The notes beneath the pieces are model-generated. The model saw nothing but the letters and a program-made list of their open reading frames with translations. It made no database searches and was not told the origin of the DNA. DNA of 64,000 bases from a virus: positions 90,361-154,360 of the IMG/VR virus record IMGVR_UViG_3300042884_001120, one strand, 5' to 3'. Both the position numbers and the translations under genes were made by a program. Positions 39,004 to 47,142 of this stretch are shown here, piece after piece (within the stretch, counting starts at the first letter, position 1; each line of letters begins with the position of its first letter).

Positions 39004-39429
39004 ATGCAATTAAAAACAAATGCAACAGACGGAGGCCGCTCTAGTTCTGGAATCGAAGAGAAAGGAGATTGCACAATCCGAGCTTTGGCGATTAGTGCAG
39101 GCATCCCATACAAATTTGCGCACAAGATCGGAGCGGAAGCAGGGCGCAAGAATAAAAAAGGATTTAGTCCCGAAAAACTTTTGAAGTATGCTAAACGAGA
39201 GTATGGCATAACATATAAGAAAAAGCATTACAAAAGCGTCACGATTGGGAGGTTCATTAAAGAGAACCCAACTGGTCGCTACTATGTCGCAACTAATGTT
39301 CACGCTTTTGCTATCATAAACGGAACAATTTACGACACGGGATTAAATCGTCCACTTCAGCGTCTAGAAGAGGCTTACTTAATATCTAATCATCGCCTAA
39401 CATACCTCCGAGAGACGCAATCTTTCTAA
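39004..39429 (+). CDS. hypothetical protein with C...H...D triad (papain-like?)
   Basis: GDCTIRALA...HAFAIINGTIYDT. Confidence 0.6.
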   Translation: MQLKTNATDGGRSSSGIEEKGDCTIRALAISAGIPYKFAHKIGAEAGRKNKKGFSPEKLLKYAKREYGITYKKKHYKSVTIGRFIKENPTGRYYVATNVHAFAIINGTIYDTGLNRPLQRLEEAYLISNHRLTYLRETQSF

Positions 39430-39662
39430 GTCGCTGATCTTCAACTACTTACAACGCCGGGCCCCGCCGGGCGAGTTGTCTTACAATGTCGAAGCCGCAT
39501 AAACACAGGCTCTAGAAGCAGGGCATGGGCTGGGGATTGAATAGCCCACGGAGCCGCATAAACACAGGCTCTGCAGGCTGTCAACAAGTTTCGCACAAAA
39601 AAAGTTTCAGAAAAAGTGAAAAAGGTTTTGCAATCCGTCGCGCCTGATCGTAGTCTTTACCT

Positions 39663-40169
39663 ATGACAACCAACACAACGCAAAACCCACACTCAACTCT
39701 TCACGCCTTCGCTAACGAGATGATTTCATGTTATGGAAACGGCTTGGCACTTGGCCTTTCTGGAACCAAGGCACAGATCGAACGCTCTTTCAATCGTTTT
39801 TTCAATCTCGGAATTGCAGGGGCAAATGTCACAAGCAACATAGACGAGGAGGGAGGATGGGCAAGCAAGGGGGAAACGCTGGGAGATGGTTTCCTGCACT
39901 ACATCGGCGAGAGATTCGCCTACTTCCTGACAACTGAAGCCGACATCGTGCGCGGTCTTACATGGGAAAACATTAGGCTTTGGCAAGATTCTCCAATCTC
40001 CGCGCAATACAAGGGCAACGCCGAAAAGTTCAAAGCGGATGCACTACAAGCGGCAACGGATACTTTCAAGGCACTACCAAGGGAAAACTTCATGGGCTGG
40101 TCAACTGATCGTATGCCAGAGGGCCACCTAATCCGCGAGGGTCAAAGTGACTGGTGTGATAATGAATAA
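39663..40169 (+). CDS. early hypothetical protein
   Basis: 168 aa; TTGCAA-17-TAGTCT-6-ATG. Confidence 0.7.
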   Translation: MTTNTTQNPHSTLHAFANEMISCYGNGLALGLSGTKAQIERSFNRFFNLGIAGANVTSNIDEEGGWASKGETLGDGFLHYIGERFAYFLTTEADIVRGLTWENIRLWQDSPISAQYKGNAEKFKADALQAATDTFKALPRENFMGWSTDRMPEGHLIREGQSDWCDNE

Positions 40170-40221
40170 AATTGTAAAAAATATCTTTACTGAAAAACGA
40201 AACTCTGCCAACATACAAACC

Positions 40222-40902
40222 ATGAAACTCCTATCACCAAACAACACGAAAATCAAAAAGGGCGAAAAACTCGGTTGGCTTACGCTTGGCCTGTCCCTGT
40301 CACCTTACAATCTTTCCGGCAAAAACTTTTGTTCTCATGCTTCGGCAGGATGCGCGGCGGCTTGCCTCAACACTTCGGGCATGGGTGTTTTTTCTAATGT
40401 GCAAGCGGCACGACTGAAAAAGTCGCGTTACTTCATCGAACAAAAGGAAACTTTCCTTGGACAACTGAACAAGGAAATCCGTTCGGCAATTAAAACCTCA
40501 AAGCGGAAGGGCATGAAGCTCGCGGTGCGTCTCAATGTGCTTTCTGATCTTCCATGGGAAAATCTGATCGACATGAAAGAGTTCCAAGATGTCACCTTTT
40601 ACGACTACACGCCGAACCCTAAACGCATGATCGCACACTTACGCGGTGAGTTGCCGAAAAATTATCACCTTACCTTTTCAAGAAAGGAAAATAATCAGGC
40701 AATGGTTGAATTGATTGCAAGCATGGGCGGAAACATCGCGGCGGTGTTTGCTGGTTCACTCCCTGAAACCTACCTTGGAAAAAAGGTTGTGAACGGCGAC
40801 GACACCGATCTCCGCTTTCTGGATGATAAGGGTGTGATCGTCGGCCTAGTCGCCAAGGGCAAGGGCAAGAAAGACGCTTCGGGCTTTGTCCTTCAGCCCT
40901 AA
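40222..40902 (+). CDS. GP88-family protein (Cys-cluster)
   Basis: CSHASAGCAAACL, RLNVLSD, FYDYT, NYHLTFS, GDDTDLRFLD. Confidence 0.7.
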   Translation: MKLLSPNNTKIKKGEKLGWLTLGLSLSPYNLSGKNFCSHASAGCAAACLNTSGMGVFSNVQAARLKKSRYFIEQKETFLGQLNKEIRSAIKTSKRKGMKLAVRLNVLSDLPWENLIDMKEFQDVTFYDYTPNPKRMIAHLRGELPKNYHLTFSRKENNQAMVELIASMGGNIAAVFAGSLPETYLGKKVVNGDDTDLRFLDDKGVIVGLVAKGKGKKDASGFVLQP

Positions 40903-41268
40903 CCGGATGTCATACAATGGAACTTTTACTAATATGCTTTTTAGTGGCCACAATAATTCACATAAATCTAAACAGATAAAAAAGGAGAAGGAAATGCGCT
41001 AATATAACATCGCCAGAACCGGATCGCCGTAAGTTGCTGAATATCAACGACTTGCGGCGCCGGGCCCCGCCGGGCCGGTTGTCATACAATGTCGAAGCCG
41101 CATAGATACAGGCTGTAGGGATGGGGTACCGGCTGCGGATCAAATAGCCAGCCGAGCCGCATAAACACAGGCTCTATAGCTGTCAACAGAAATCGTGAAA
41201 ATGAAATCGCACAAAATTGTAAAAAAGGTATTGTGCCGCACCGAAAAAAGTAGGATGATTAGATCCTA

Positions 41269-42075
41269 ATGAAAGCACTAAACCTCACACTACACTGCGG
41301 CGGTCACGAAGTCTCCACGGAGCAGGTCGCAAACTCCATCACCCCCAACGCCACCGAGTCGTGGCATCCAATCCCGCACTCTCGCATTATCGAGGGACTG
41401 CGCGAGACGGTCGCAACCGCTGGCCTTGAAATCGTGCAGGAGCGTCATGCTCTCGCTCGTGACGGTCAACGCTACTTCGGCCTTTTCCAAGTGTCGGGCA
41501 TTCCTAACTTTTCCCTAGCGGAAACCGTGGGGACTGTTATCGGCTTGCGTAACTCTCACGACAAGTCATTCCCTGCTGGCATCAACGCTGGTTCCGCGCC
41601 TTTCGTGTGCGACAACCTCGCGTTTCACAACGAAATCAAGATCGCTCGTCGTCATACAAAGTTCATCTTGCGTGACCTTCCCATGCTTCTTGCTGGAGCG
41701 TTCGGCAAGCTCACCTCTGCATGGGGCAACCACGCGAAGCGTGTGGAGGCTTACCAGTCCTGCACTATCAACGACAAGGACGCTCACGATACCATCGTCA
41801 AGGCGTATCGTTGCGGCGCGGTCTCCAAGACTGCCCTTGCGGACGTGGTCGCACAATGGCACGAACCCGAACACGCGGTGTGGGGTTCCGAGCGCAATCT
41901 GTGGGGTCTTCACAACGCCTTCACCAATGTCCTGCGAGGTAACGCAATGGCCTTGCCTCGTCGCTCGGATGCGCTTCACGCCTTGCTCGACCCTCTTGCA
42001 GGGATCGCGGCCCAACAGGTCGTGGAGGCTCAGGACTTGCCGCCAGCACCTCTCGAACTCGCGCCGATCGTCTAA
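41269..42075 (+). CDS. DUF932-family protein
   Basis: IGLRNSHDKS...FVCDNLAF...RRHT; LWGLHNAFT. Confidence 0.7.
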   Translation: MKALNLTLHCGGHEVSTEQVANSITPNATESWHPIPHSRIIEGLRETVATAGLEIVQERHALARDGQRYFGLFQVSGIPNFSLAETVGTVIGLRNSHDKSFPAGINAGSAPFVCDNLAFHNEIKIARRHTKFILRDLPMLLAGAFGKLTSAWGNHAKRVEAYQSCTINDKDAHDTIVKAYRCGAVSKTALADVVAQWHEPEHAVWGSERNLWGLHNAFTNVLRGNAMALPRRSDALHALLDPLAGIAAQQVVEAQDLPPAPLELAPIV

Positions 42076-42267
42076 CATCGGCACTAACATCGCGGGGGTG
42101 GCGATCGCCACCTCCGCAAAGGGTTGAGGATCAACGGTTTGCGCAGCCGGACCCCGCCGGGCATTCTATCGTAAGACAAGCGGTATGTCAAGCTTTTTTT
42201 ATAAATTAATTTTTATTCTTTGAAGATTTTTATTGTGGTTTTTGTAATATGGCGATATACTAATAGT

Positions 42268-42462
42268 ATGAAAATAAGCTATATGAATCTTGACAGAATA
42301 ATTGGCAATTGCACTGAAGAAGATGTAGTAGATAACATCTTCGGTAGTGTATCAGAATTCGCACGTCAGGTAGAAGAGAATGGAGACGAATTTCTATATC
42401 AAAACGACATCGTTGTCAAATATGATGAAGACAACGACGTTCATTACTTCTATCAACTCTAA
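42268..42462 (+). CDS. acidic early protein
   Basis: TTGTGG-17-TATACT-6-ATG. Confidence 0.65.
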   Translation: MKISYMNLDRIIGNCTEEDVVDNIFGSVSEFARQVEENGDEFLYQNDIVVKYDEDNDVHYFYQL

Positions 42463-42499
42463 GCTTGAAAGTTCCACCCAACCCCATTATACTGATAGT

Positions 42500-42685
42500 A
42501 TGAAAATAAGCGAACTAATCATGGCTCTGGAAGACGCGAAACAACAGTATGGAGACATTCATGTAGGTTTTGATCGCGAAGATGGAAGTTTTGACTGGGT
42601 GGAATATCTACAGCCGTTGTATCCTAAGAATGAGTCATGTATTGAGCAGAAGGATAAGCCTGTATGGTGCATCGAATTACGTTGA
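42500..42685 (+). CDS. early hypothetical protein
   Basis: TTGAAA-17-TATACT-6-ATG; MKISELIMALEDAKQQYGD. Confidence 0.7.
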   Translation: MKISELIMALEDAKQQYGDIHVGFDREDGSFDWVEYLQPLYPKNESCIEQKDKPVWCIELR

Positions 42686-42716
42686 ATGTTCCTTGAATAG
42701 CTCTTATACTAATCGT

Positions 42717-42917
42717 ATGAAAGTAACACGCACCTCGCCCTTCACGGGTATCACCCGCACCCTCAACCTCAACATCACCGCCGTACAGGTGGCGAGGTAT
42801 AACAACGGGTGGCTGTTGCAAGACGCCTTCCCTCAACTCTCGGCTGGCGAGCGCGAGTTCTACAAGACGGGCATCACCGACGAGGAGTGGGAAAAGTTCA
42901 TAGGAGGCGACGAGTAA
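42717..42917 (+). CDS. conserved-type phage early protein
   Basis: TTGAAT-17-TATACT-6-ATG; QDAFPQLSAGEREFYKTGIT. Confidence 0.75.
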   Translation: MKVTRTSPFTGITRTLNLNITAVQVARYNNGWLLQDAFPQLSAGEREFYKTGITDEEWEKFIGGDE

Positions 42918-43205
42918 CGCCGCAAGCGCCTGTCTTACAAGGCAGGCCGGGCGGGGCCGGGTGCTGTAAGTCTCTGATACTGAACAACTTAACTGGGCTT
43001 GACAAGCTATCCAAGTTGTGTTATACTTATATAAGTGAGAAACTAATAAATCCCACAAATTAGTTATATAGTTTTTGGGTTAGTTTTTCAGATATGAGGG
43101 ATGGGTATAAGTGCATCGGAAACTATTTAAGGGGATATCGCTCGTAAATCTCGCCCCTATTTGAAATAAACGGCATTCGTAAATTGGATTTTTTTGAAAA
43201 AGTGT

Positions 43206-43234
43206 TTGACGCTATGGGAAAATAAGTTTATAGT
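43206..43234 (+). promoter_or_regulatory. sigma70 promoter of tRNA/ncRNA operon
   Basis: TTGACG-17-TATAGT. Confidence 0.75.
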
Positions 43235-43299
43235 AATAATACGCACTGACCTAGCAGTGTCTAACACAATCTAGGACGATCTTTAACAGAACATTTCGA

Positions 43300-43371
43300 C
43301 GCAGAGTAGAGAACTGGTATCTCGTCACGCTCATAACGTGAAGGTAGTGGGTTCGATTCCCGCCTCTGCCA
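43300..43371 (+). tRNA. tRNA-Met(CAT), initiator-like
   Basis: cloverleaf; C1:C72 mismatch, A11:U24; anticodon loop CTCATAA; no encoded CCA. Confidence 0.8.
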
Positions 43372-43375
43372 GACT

Positions 43376-43499
43376 TGACTAGGCGCAAGTTCCGAAAGCT
43401 AAAGGAACTCCCGCGATAGGTGATAGCGAAGCCCAGTGCACAGGGAACGTGTAGCCTATAAGATAAATCTCCGCGAAAGTGAATGAGATTTTCTAGTCA
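43376..43499 (+). ncRNA. candidate structured RNA A
   Basis: TGACTAG/CTAGTCA closing stem with internal hairpins; no ORF. Confidence 0.5.
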
Positions 43500-43512
43500 T
43501 AACAATTTAACA

Positions 43513-43726
43513 CTCTCATGTTGTAGGCCATAGTCCATGAGAGGGGTAAGACCGAGTTGCTTGTTGGTGTGTTTGTAGGTCTTATTCAAGCTAGGTTAGC
43601 CAAATGCCTTGGTAAGCTACGATCCTAGCAGTTTTGTAAAACACAAGCTAGACGGTTTATACGGGCTCCATGCCCGAGGATCGTTGATACGAAGGAACAA
43701 ATTCTAGAACAAAATCCTTCTTACCA
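43513..43726 (+). ncRNA. candidate structured RNA B
   Basis: multiple stems and loop-tail complementarity; ends ACCA. Confidence 0.45.
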
Positions 43727-43733
43727 TTAATTT

Positions 43734-43958
43734 TTGTAATGCTACCAAACGCACGTCTCAAGTCGTGGGAGGTCGGATACCGAAGCCGATGTGAATGCAG
43801 AGAGCAAAGCCGTGTATGTGAGGGGCCACATATCCTCTATCTATGGGGGGAACATAGAAACTTGTAGGTCGGAGCAGGGAACCCAAATCCGACAAACCCT
43901 GTGCGATTGCAACGCCGAATCCTTTAGCGAGGATAGCGCTCGACGGAGCGGCAGGGTC
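43734..43958 (+). ncRNA. candidate structured RNA C
   Basis: long-range closing stem, several hairpins, possible pseudoknot. Confidence 0.5.
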
Positions 43959-43965
43959 AATTTTT

Positions 43966-44041
43966 ATACGGCAATGTTCCAAGGCTGGCGAGTTGGTCTC
44001 CAAAACCGACTGGGAAAGTTCGATTCTTTCGCCGTGTGCCA
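43966..44041 (+). tRNA. tRNA-Trp(CCA)
   Basis: ATACGGC/GCCGTGT acceptor, loop CTCCAAA, encoded CCA; atypical D arm. Confidence 0.8.
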
Positions 44042-44086
44042 TTGTAGTATTTGACACCCTAACCAAAAAACTATTATCATACAGTA

Positions 44087-44323
44087 ATGAAATACTTCCC
44101 ATTCTTTGCCGTTCTATCTGTAACAATAGTTTCCTTCCTTGTTTATCAGGATCACAAGCCACACAAGACGCCGATGTTCCGTTACTCTCCAAAACTTGCC
44201 ACTTCGGAGGAACAGGTAGCCGCACAAGAAAAACAATTGGTTAAACATATTGTTTGGCGCAAAATGCAAAATAAGGTAAAACAAATCAATTCCACTCAAG
44301 GAAAAGATTTCATAGGTTTCTAG
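44087..44323 (+). CDS. membrane-anchored hypothetical protein
   Basis: TTGACA-18-TATCAT-6-ATG; N-terminal TM. Confidence 0.6.
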   Translation: MKYFPFFAVLSVTIVSFLVYQDHKPHKTPMFRYSPKLATSEEQVAAQEKQLVKHIVWRKMQNKVKQINSTQGKDFIGF

Positions 44324-44646
44324 TTGACACGGCAGTAATCTTATTATAATATAAAAGTCATGAGAGACCCCATCACACTACTGATTAACCTACTTGGTTA
44401 CGAGAAGCGCAAGCCATCACTGCTACTCATGCATATGATAGAGTTTACGCACTCTAATTGGCGGCAGGACTTGTTCGCGCAGAATCGTATTAGTGATTAC
44501 GAGTATAAATTATATAGTTAATTGTTGATAATCAATGGGTTACGTGGACCAAGGGGGCCCGGCGCTGTAAGTTGCTGATAACCAATGAGTTATTAAATTG
44601 TAAAATTGTTCTTGTGCTAGTAGGCAAGAAGGTCTAGTATAGGTGA

Positions 44647-45222
44647 ATGATCACCCCTACCGAAATCACCAATTACAATCGCACCGAGGCTGAACTTGAG
44701 GAGTTCCTTATGTTTGCAATCCTCGTTGCTGGCAAGACGGCAAAGATGCAAGCACAAAAGCTGGAGAACTTTCTTAATCCCATGATGTCCACTATGGGCT
44801 TGACTCCCTTCGGTGTGCTAGAGCAGATGATCAAGACTGCCTCCCTAGGCACTCAGATGAAATTCGCTAGGTTGGGTCAATACAAAAGAATTGAAACTGC
44901 ATTCCGGCAAATCCTCACCTTCAAGGGGGATCTGAAAAAGATTAGCGTACAGGATCTAGAAAGTGTTAAGGGAATCGGAAGTAAGACGGCGCGATTCTTC
45001 GTGCTTCATTCGCGCAAGGATGTGCGTCATGCGGTTCTTGATGTTCATATTTTAAAATGGATGAGGGGGCAGGGATATAGCGCGCCCAAGCAAACGCCCA
45101 CAAAAAAGAAGTATGCTATCCTTGAATCTCAGTTCTTGACTGAAGCATGGGAGCGTGAAATGACTCCTGCTGATCTAGATCTTATGATCTGGAAAAGTTT
45201 CTCGCAGAAAGCCCTTGCGTGA
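44647..45222 (+). CDS. HhH-GPD DNA glycosylase/AP lyase (Ogg-like)
   Basis: VKGIGSKTARFF...AVLDVHILKWM...DLDLMIW. Confidence 0.8.
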   Translation: MITPTEITNYNRTEAELEEFLMFAILVAGKTAKMQAQKLENFLNPMMSTMGLTPFGVLEQMIKTASLGTQMKFARLGQYKRIETAFRQILTFKGDLKKISVQDLESVKGIGSKTARFFVLHSRKDVRHAVLDVHILKWMRGQGYSAPKQTPTKKKYAILESQFLTEAWEREMTPADLDLMIWKSFSQKALA

Positions 45223-45271
45223 TGGGTCAATTTTAATTATTATAAATACTCACCTCTAACACCACAACACC

Positions 45272-46030
45272 ATGCAACTCGACTTCATCGGAAACTCAAT
45301 CTCAACTACTAATACTAATGCAATCGAACAATCAAGATTCTGGGATAATGATTTTAATCGGATCACTATTAACCGCCCTCGCCTTGATACTACGAAAGTA
45401 GATAAGTTTTTTAATTCAATTTTAGACGAGGAGATCGCCGAGTATTCAAAATACTGGGATAGTGTCACGCCTCGCAACGCTTCCGAAGTTTTTCAGCGTT
45501 GGTTGTTCGCATTCATGAGCGTCCATACATCATGGCGTTCAAACATTAACGGATACCTAATGATCCGTAACTGGTGGGAGTGGATGAACAAGCCAGAGGA
45601 GCTTGAGCGTAGGATCGTAGAGAGTGGTGCTGGCCTCCATAAAAACCGCACAAAATTCATTACAGCTTTTGCTGAACACTATTGGGCTAATATTGATTTC
45701 TACAAGAAAGCAGAGGACGAGTCATGGGTAGAGTTTCGTGATCGTCTGGTAGACCAAGTGCTTGGCCTTGGCATGGCGAAAGTTAGCTTTAGCCTTGAGA
45801 TGGTTTATCCCTCTATTGCCGAGGTGACTTGCATGGACACTCACTTGTTCCAGTTGTTCGGATTGGATCAGACCAAAGACAGCAAGCAGTATCACGCGAT
45901 GGAGCGTCATTGGATTGAAATGTGCAAAATGTGGAATGTTAGCTCGTATGTCGCCCGTTGTATCTGGTGGGACAGAAACCAAGGCTACGGAGACAGCCGA
46001 TATTGGAGCTTTGTTTTAGAGAAGGAGTAG
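45272..46030 (+). CDS. second HhH-GPD DNA glycosylase-like protein
   Basis: VLGLGMAKVSF...TCMDTHLFQ...YHAME. Confidence 0.7.
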   Translation: MQLDFIGNSISTTNTNAIEQSRFWDNDFNRITINRPRLDTTKVDKFFNSILDEEIAEYSKYWDSVTPRNASEVFQRWLFAFMSVHTSWRSNINGYLMIRNWWEWMNKPEELERRIVESGAGLHKNRTKFITAFAEHYWANIDFYKKAEDESWVEFRDRLVDQVLGLGMAKVSFSLEMVYPSIAEVTCMDTHLFQLFGLDQTKDSKQYHAMERHWIEMCKMWNVSSYVARCIWWDRNQGYGDSRYWSFVLEKE

Positions 46031-46136
46031 TCAGCAGGAAGGGGAAAAGCTGTAACTCGTTTGTGGTGAGCGGGTTACAGCGCCCGGCCCCGCCCGGATG
46101 TTATACCTGAATATATACCGGATTATACCAGAAAAA

Positions 46137-46214
46137 TGGAGCGTCAGGTAGGATTTGCACCTACGGCTTTAGGGTTTTGCAGACCCTTCCTTTGGGCTAC
46201 TCAGGCACTGACGC
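46137..46214 (-). tRNA. tRNA-Cys(GCA)
   Basis: cloverleaf, U73, CCA. Confidence 0.85.
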
Positions 46215-46220
46215 GTTATT

Positions 46221-46295
46221 TGGCATTCTCGACGGGATTCGAACCCGTGCTAAACCCGTGAAAGGGGCTGGTGCTAACCGCTACACTACGAGAAC
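46221..46295 (-). tRNA. tRNA-Glu(TTC)
   Basis: cloverleaf, CCA. Confidence 0.9.
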
Positions 46296-46304
46296 ATAAA
46301 ATTT

Positions 46305-46379
46305 TGGTGGGATCGGAGGGATTTGAACCCTCAACCAATTCGTTAAAAGCGAACTGCTCTACCATTGAGCTACAATCCC
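46305..46379 (-). tRNA. tRNA-Lys(TTT)
   Basis: cloverleaf, CCA. Confidence 0.92.
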
Positions 46380-46384
46380 ATATT

Positions 46385-46461
46385 TGGCGGAACCAAGGGG
46401 ACTTGAACCCCTGACCCCCTGCGTGACAGGCAGGTGCTCTAACCAACTGAGCTATGATTCC
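46385..46461 (-). tRNA. tRNA-Asp(GTC)
   Basis: cloverleaf, CCA. Confidence 0.92.
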
Positions 46462-46499
46462 ATTTTATAAGTTTGGAATATTTGGAAGGTGTTGTCAAG

Positions 46500-46574
46500 T
46501 GGTGTCTCGTGTTGGAATCGAACCAACATTAGATCTTTAGAAGAGATCTGTCCTATCCGTTGAACGAACGAGAC
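46500..46574 (-). tRNA. tRNA-Arg(TCT)
   Basis: cloverleaf, CCA. Confidence 0.9.
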
Positions 46575-46620
46575 GAAATTTTTTAGATACATATGTAGCT
46601 TAGAGTGTAATATATAGTAT

Positions 46621-47142
46621 ATGAAAACGTGTGAGCTATGTCAATCTGAATTCCCAAATTGGATAAAAATAGATGGTAAGAATAAAAATCTAAAAAATAG
46701 AAAGTATTGTTTAGAATGCTCACCTTGGGGCCAGCACAATACCATTAATAGAAAAAAGAGGGAACATACTCATTGTATTATTTGTAATAGTAAATTAAAA
46801 GAAAGTCAATTAAAGTTTTGCTCTAAAGCCTGTAAGGGTGCTAATGCTTACCAGAATAATCCTAATTGGTATCCAGCTCAGAAACAAAGAGGCATAGATA
46901 GAAAAAAAGAATTGGCATTGCTTAAAGGTGGGAAATGTGAATCTTGTGGATACGATAAAAACTTAGCTGCGCTAGAGTTTCATCATAGGGATCCAAAGGA
47001 TAAAGTGTCTGAATTAGATTCTCGTGTTCTTTCTAATAGAAAATGGGATTTTATTTTAGGAGAGGCCGAAAAATGTTTATTGTTATGTTCTAATTGTCAT
47101 CGCGAACATCATTGCGATGATTTTAATAATTGGAAAGAATAG
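46621..47142 (+). CDS. free-standing HNH (homing) endonuclease
   Basis: N-terminal Zn ribbons; CESCGY...LEFHHRDP...KCLLLCSNCHREHH; GTGTAA motif upstream. Confidence 0.85.
   Translation: MKTCELCQSEFPNWIKIDGKNKNLKNRKYCLECSPWGQHNTINRKKREHTHCIICNSKLKESQLKFCSKACKGANAYQNNPNWYPAQKQRGIDRKKELALLKGGKCESCGYDKNLAALEFHHRDPKDKVSELDSRVLSNRKWDFILGEAEKCLLLCSNCHREHHCDDFNNWKE

Noticed and set aside
39493-41175. Mini-CRISPR arrays
   Set aside because: The two 'spacers' share a common inverted motif, so they are homologous rather than acquired; repeat only 21 bp
43372-43420. Theta/HDV-like ribozyme after the CCA-less tRNA-Met
   Set aside because: GACTTG/CAAGTT could be P1, but only 8 nt lie between the strands, too few for P2-P3-L3
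43734-43958. RNase P RNA or tmRNA
   Set aside because: Lacks GAGGAAAGUCC and the terminal ACAnAAnnCGGCUUA P4 motifs; no tmRNA-type acceptor/T-arm ends
43758-44244. ORFs 43758..44225, 43791..44054, 43993..44244, and similar ORFs over tRNAs at 46216..46446, 47117..47302, 47642..47926
   Set aside because: Overlap tRNA genes, the intron or structured RNA; no protein-like features
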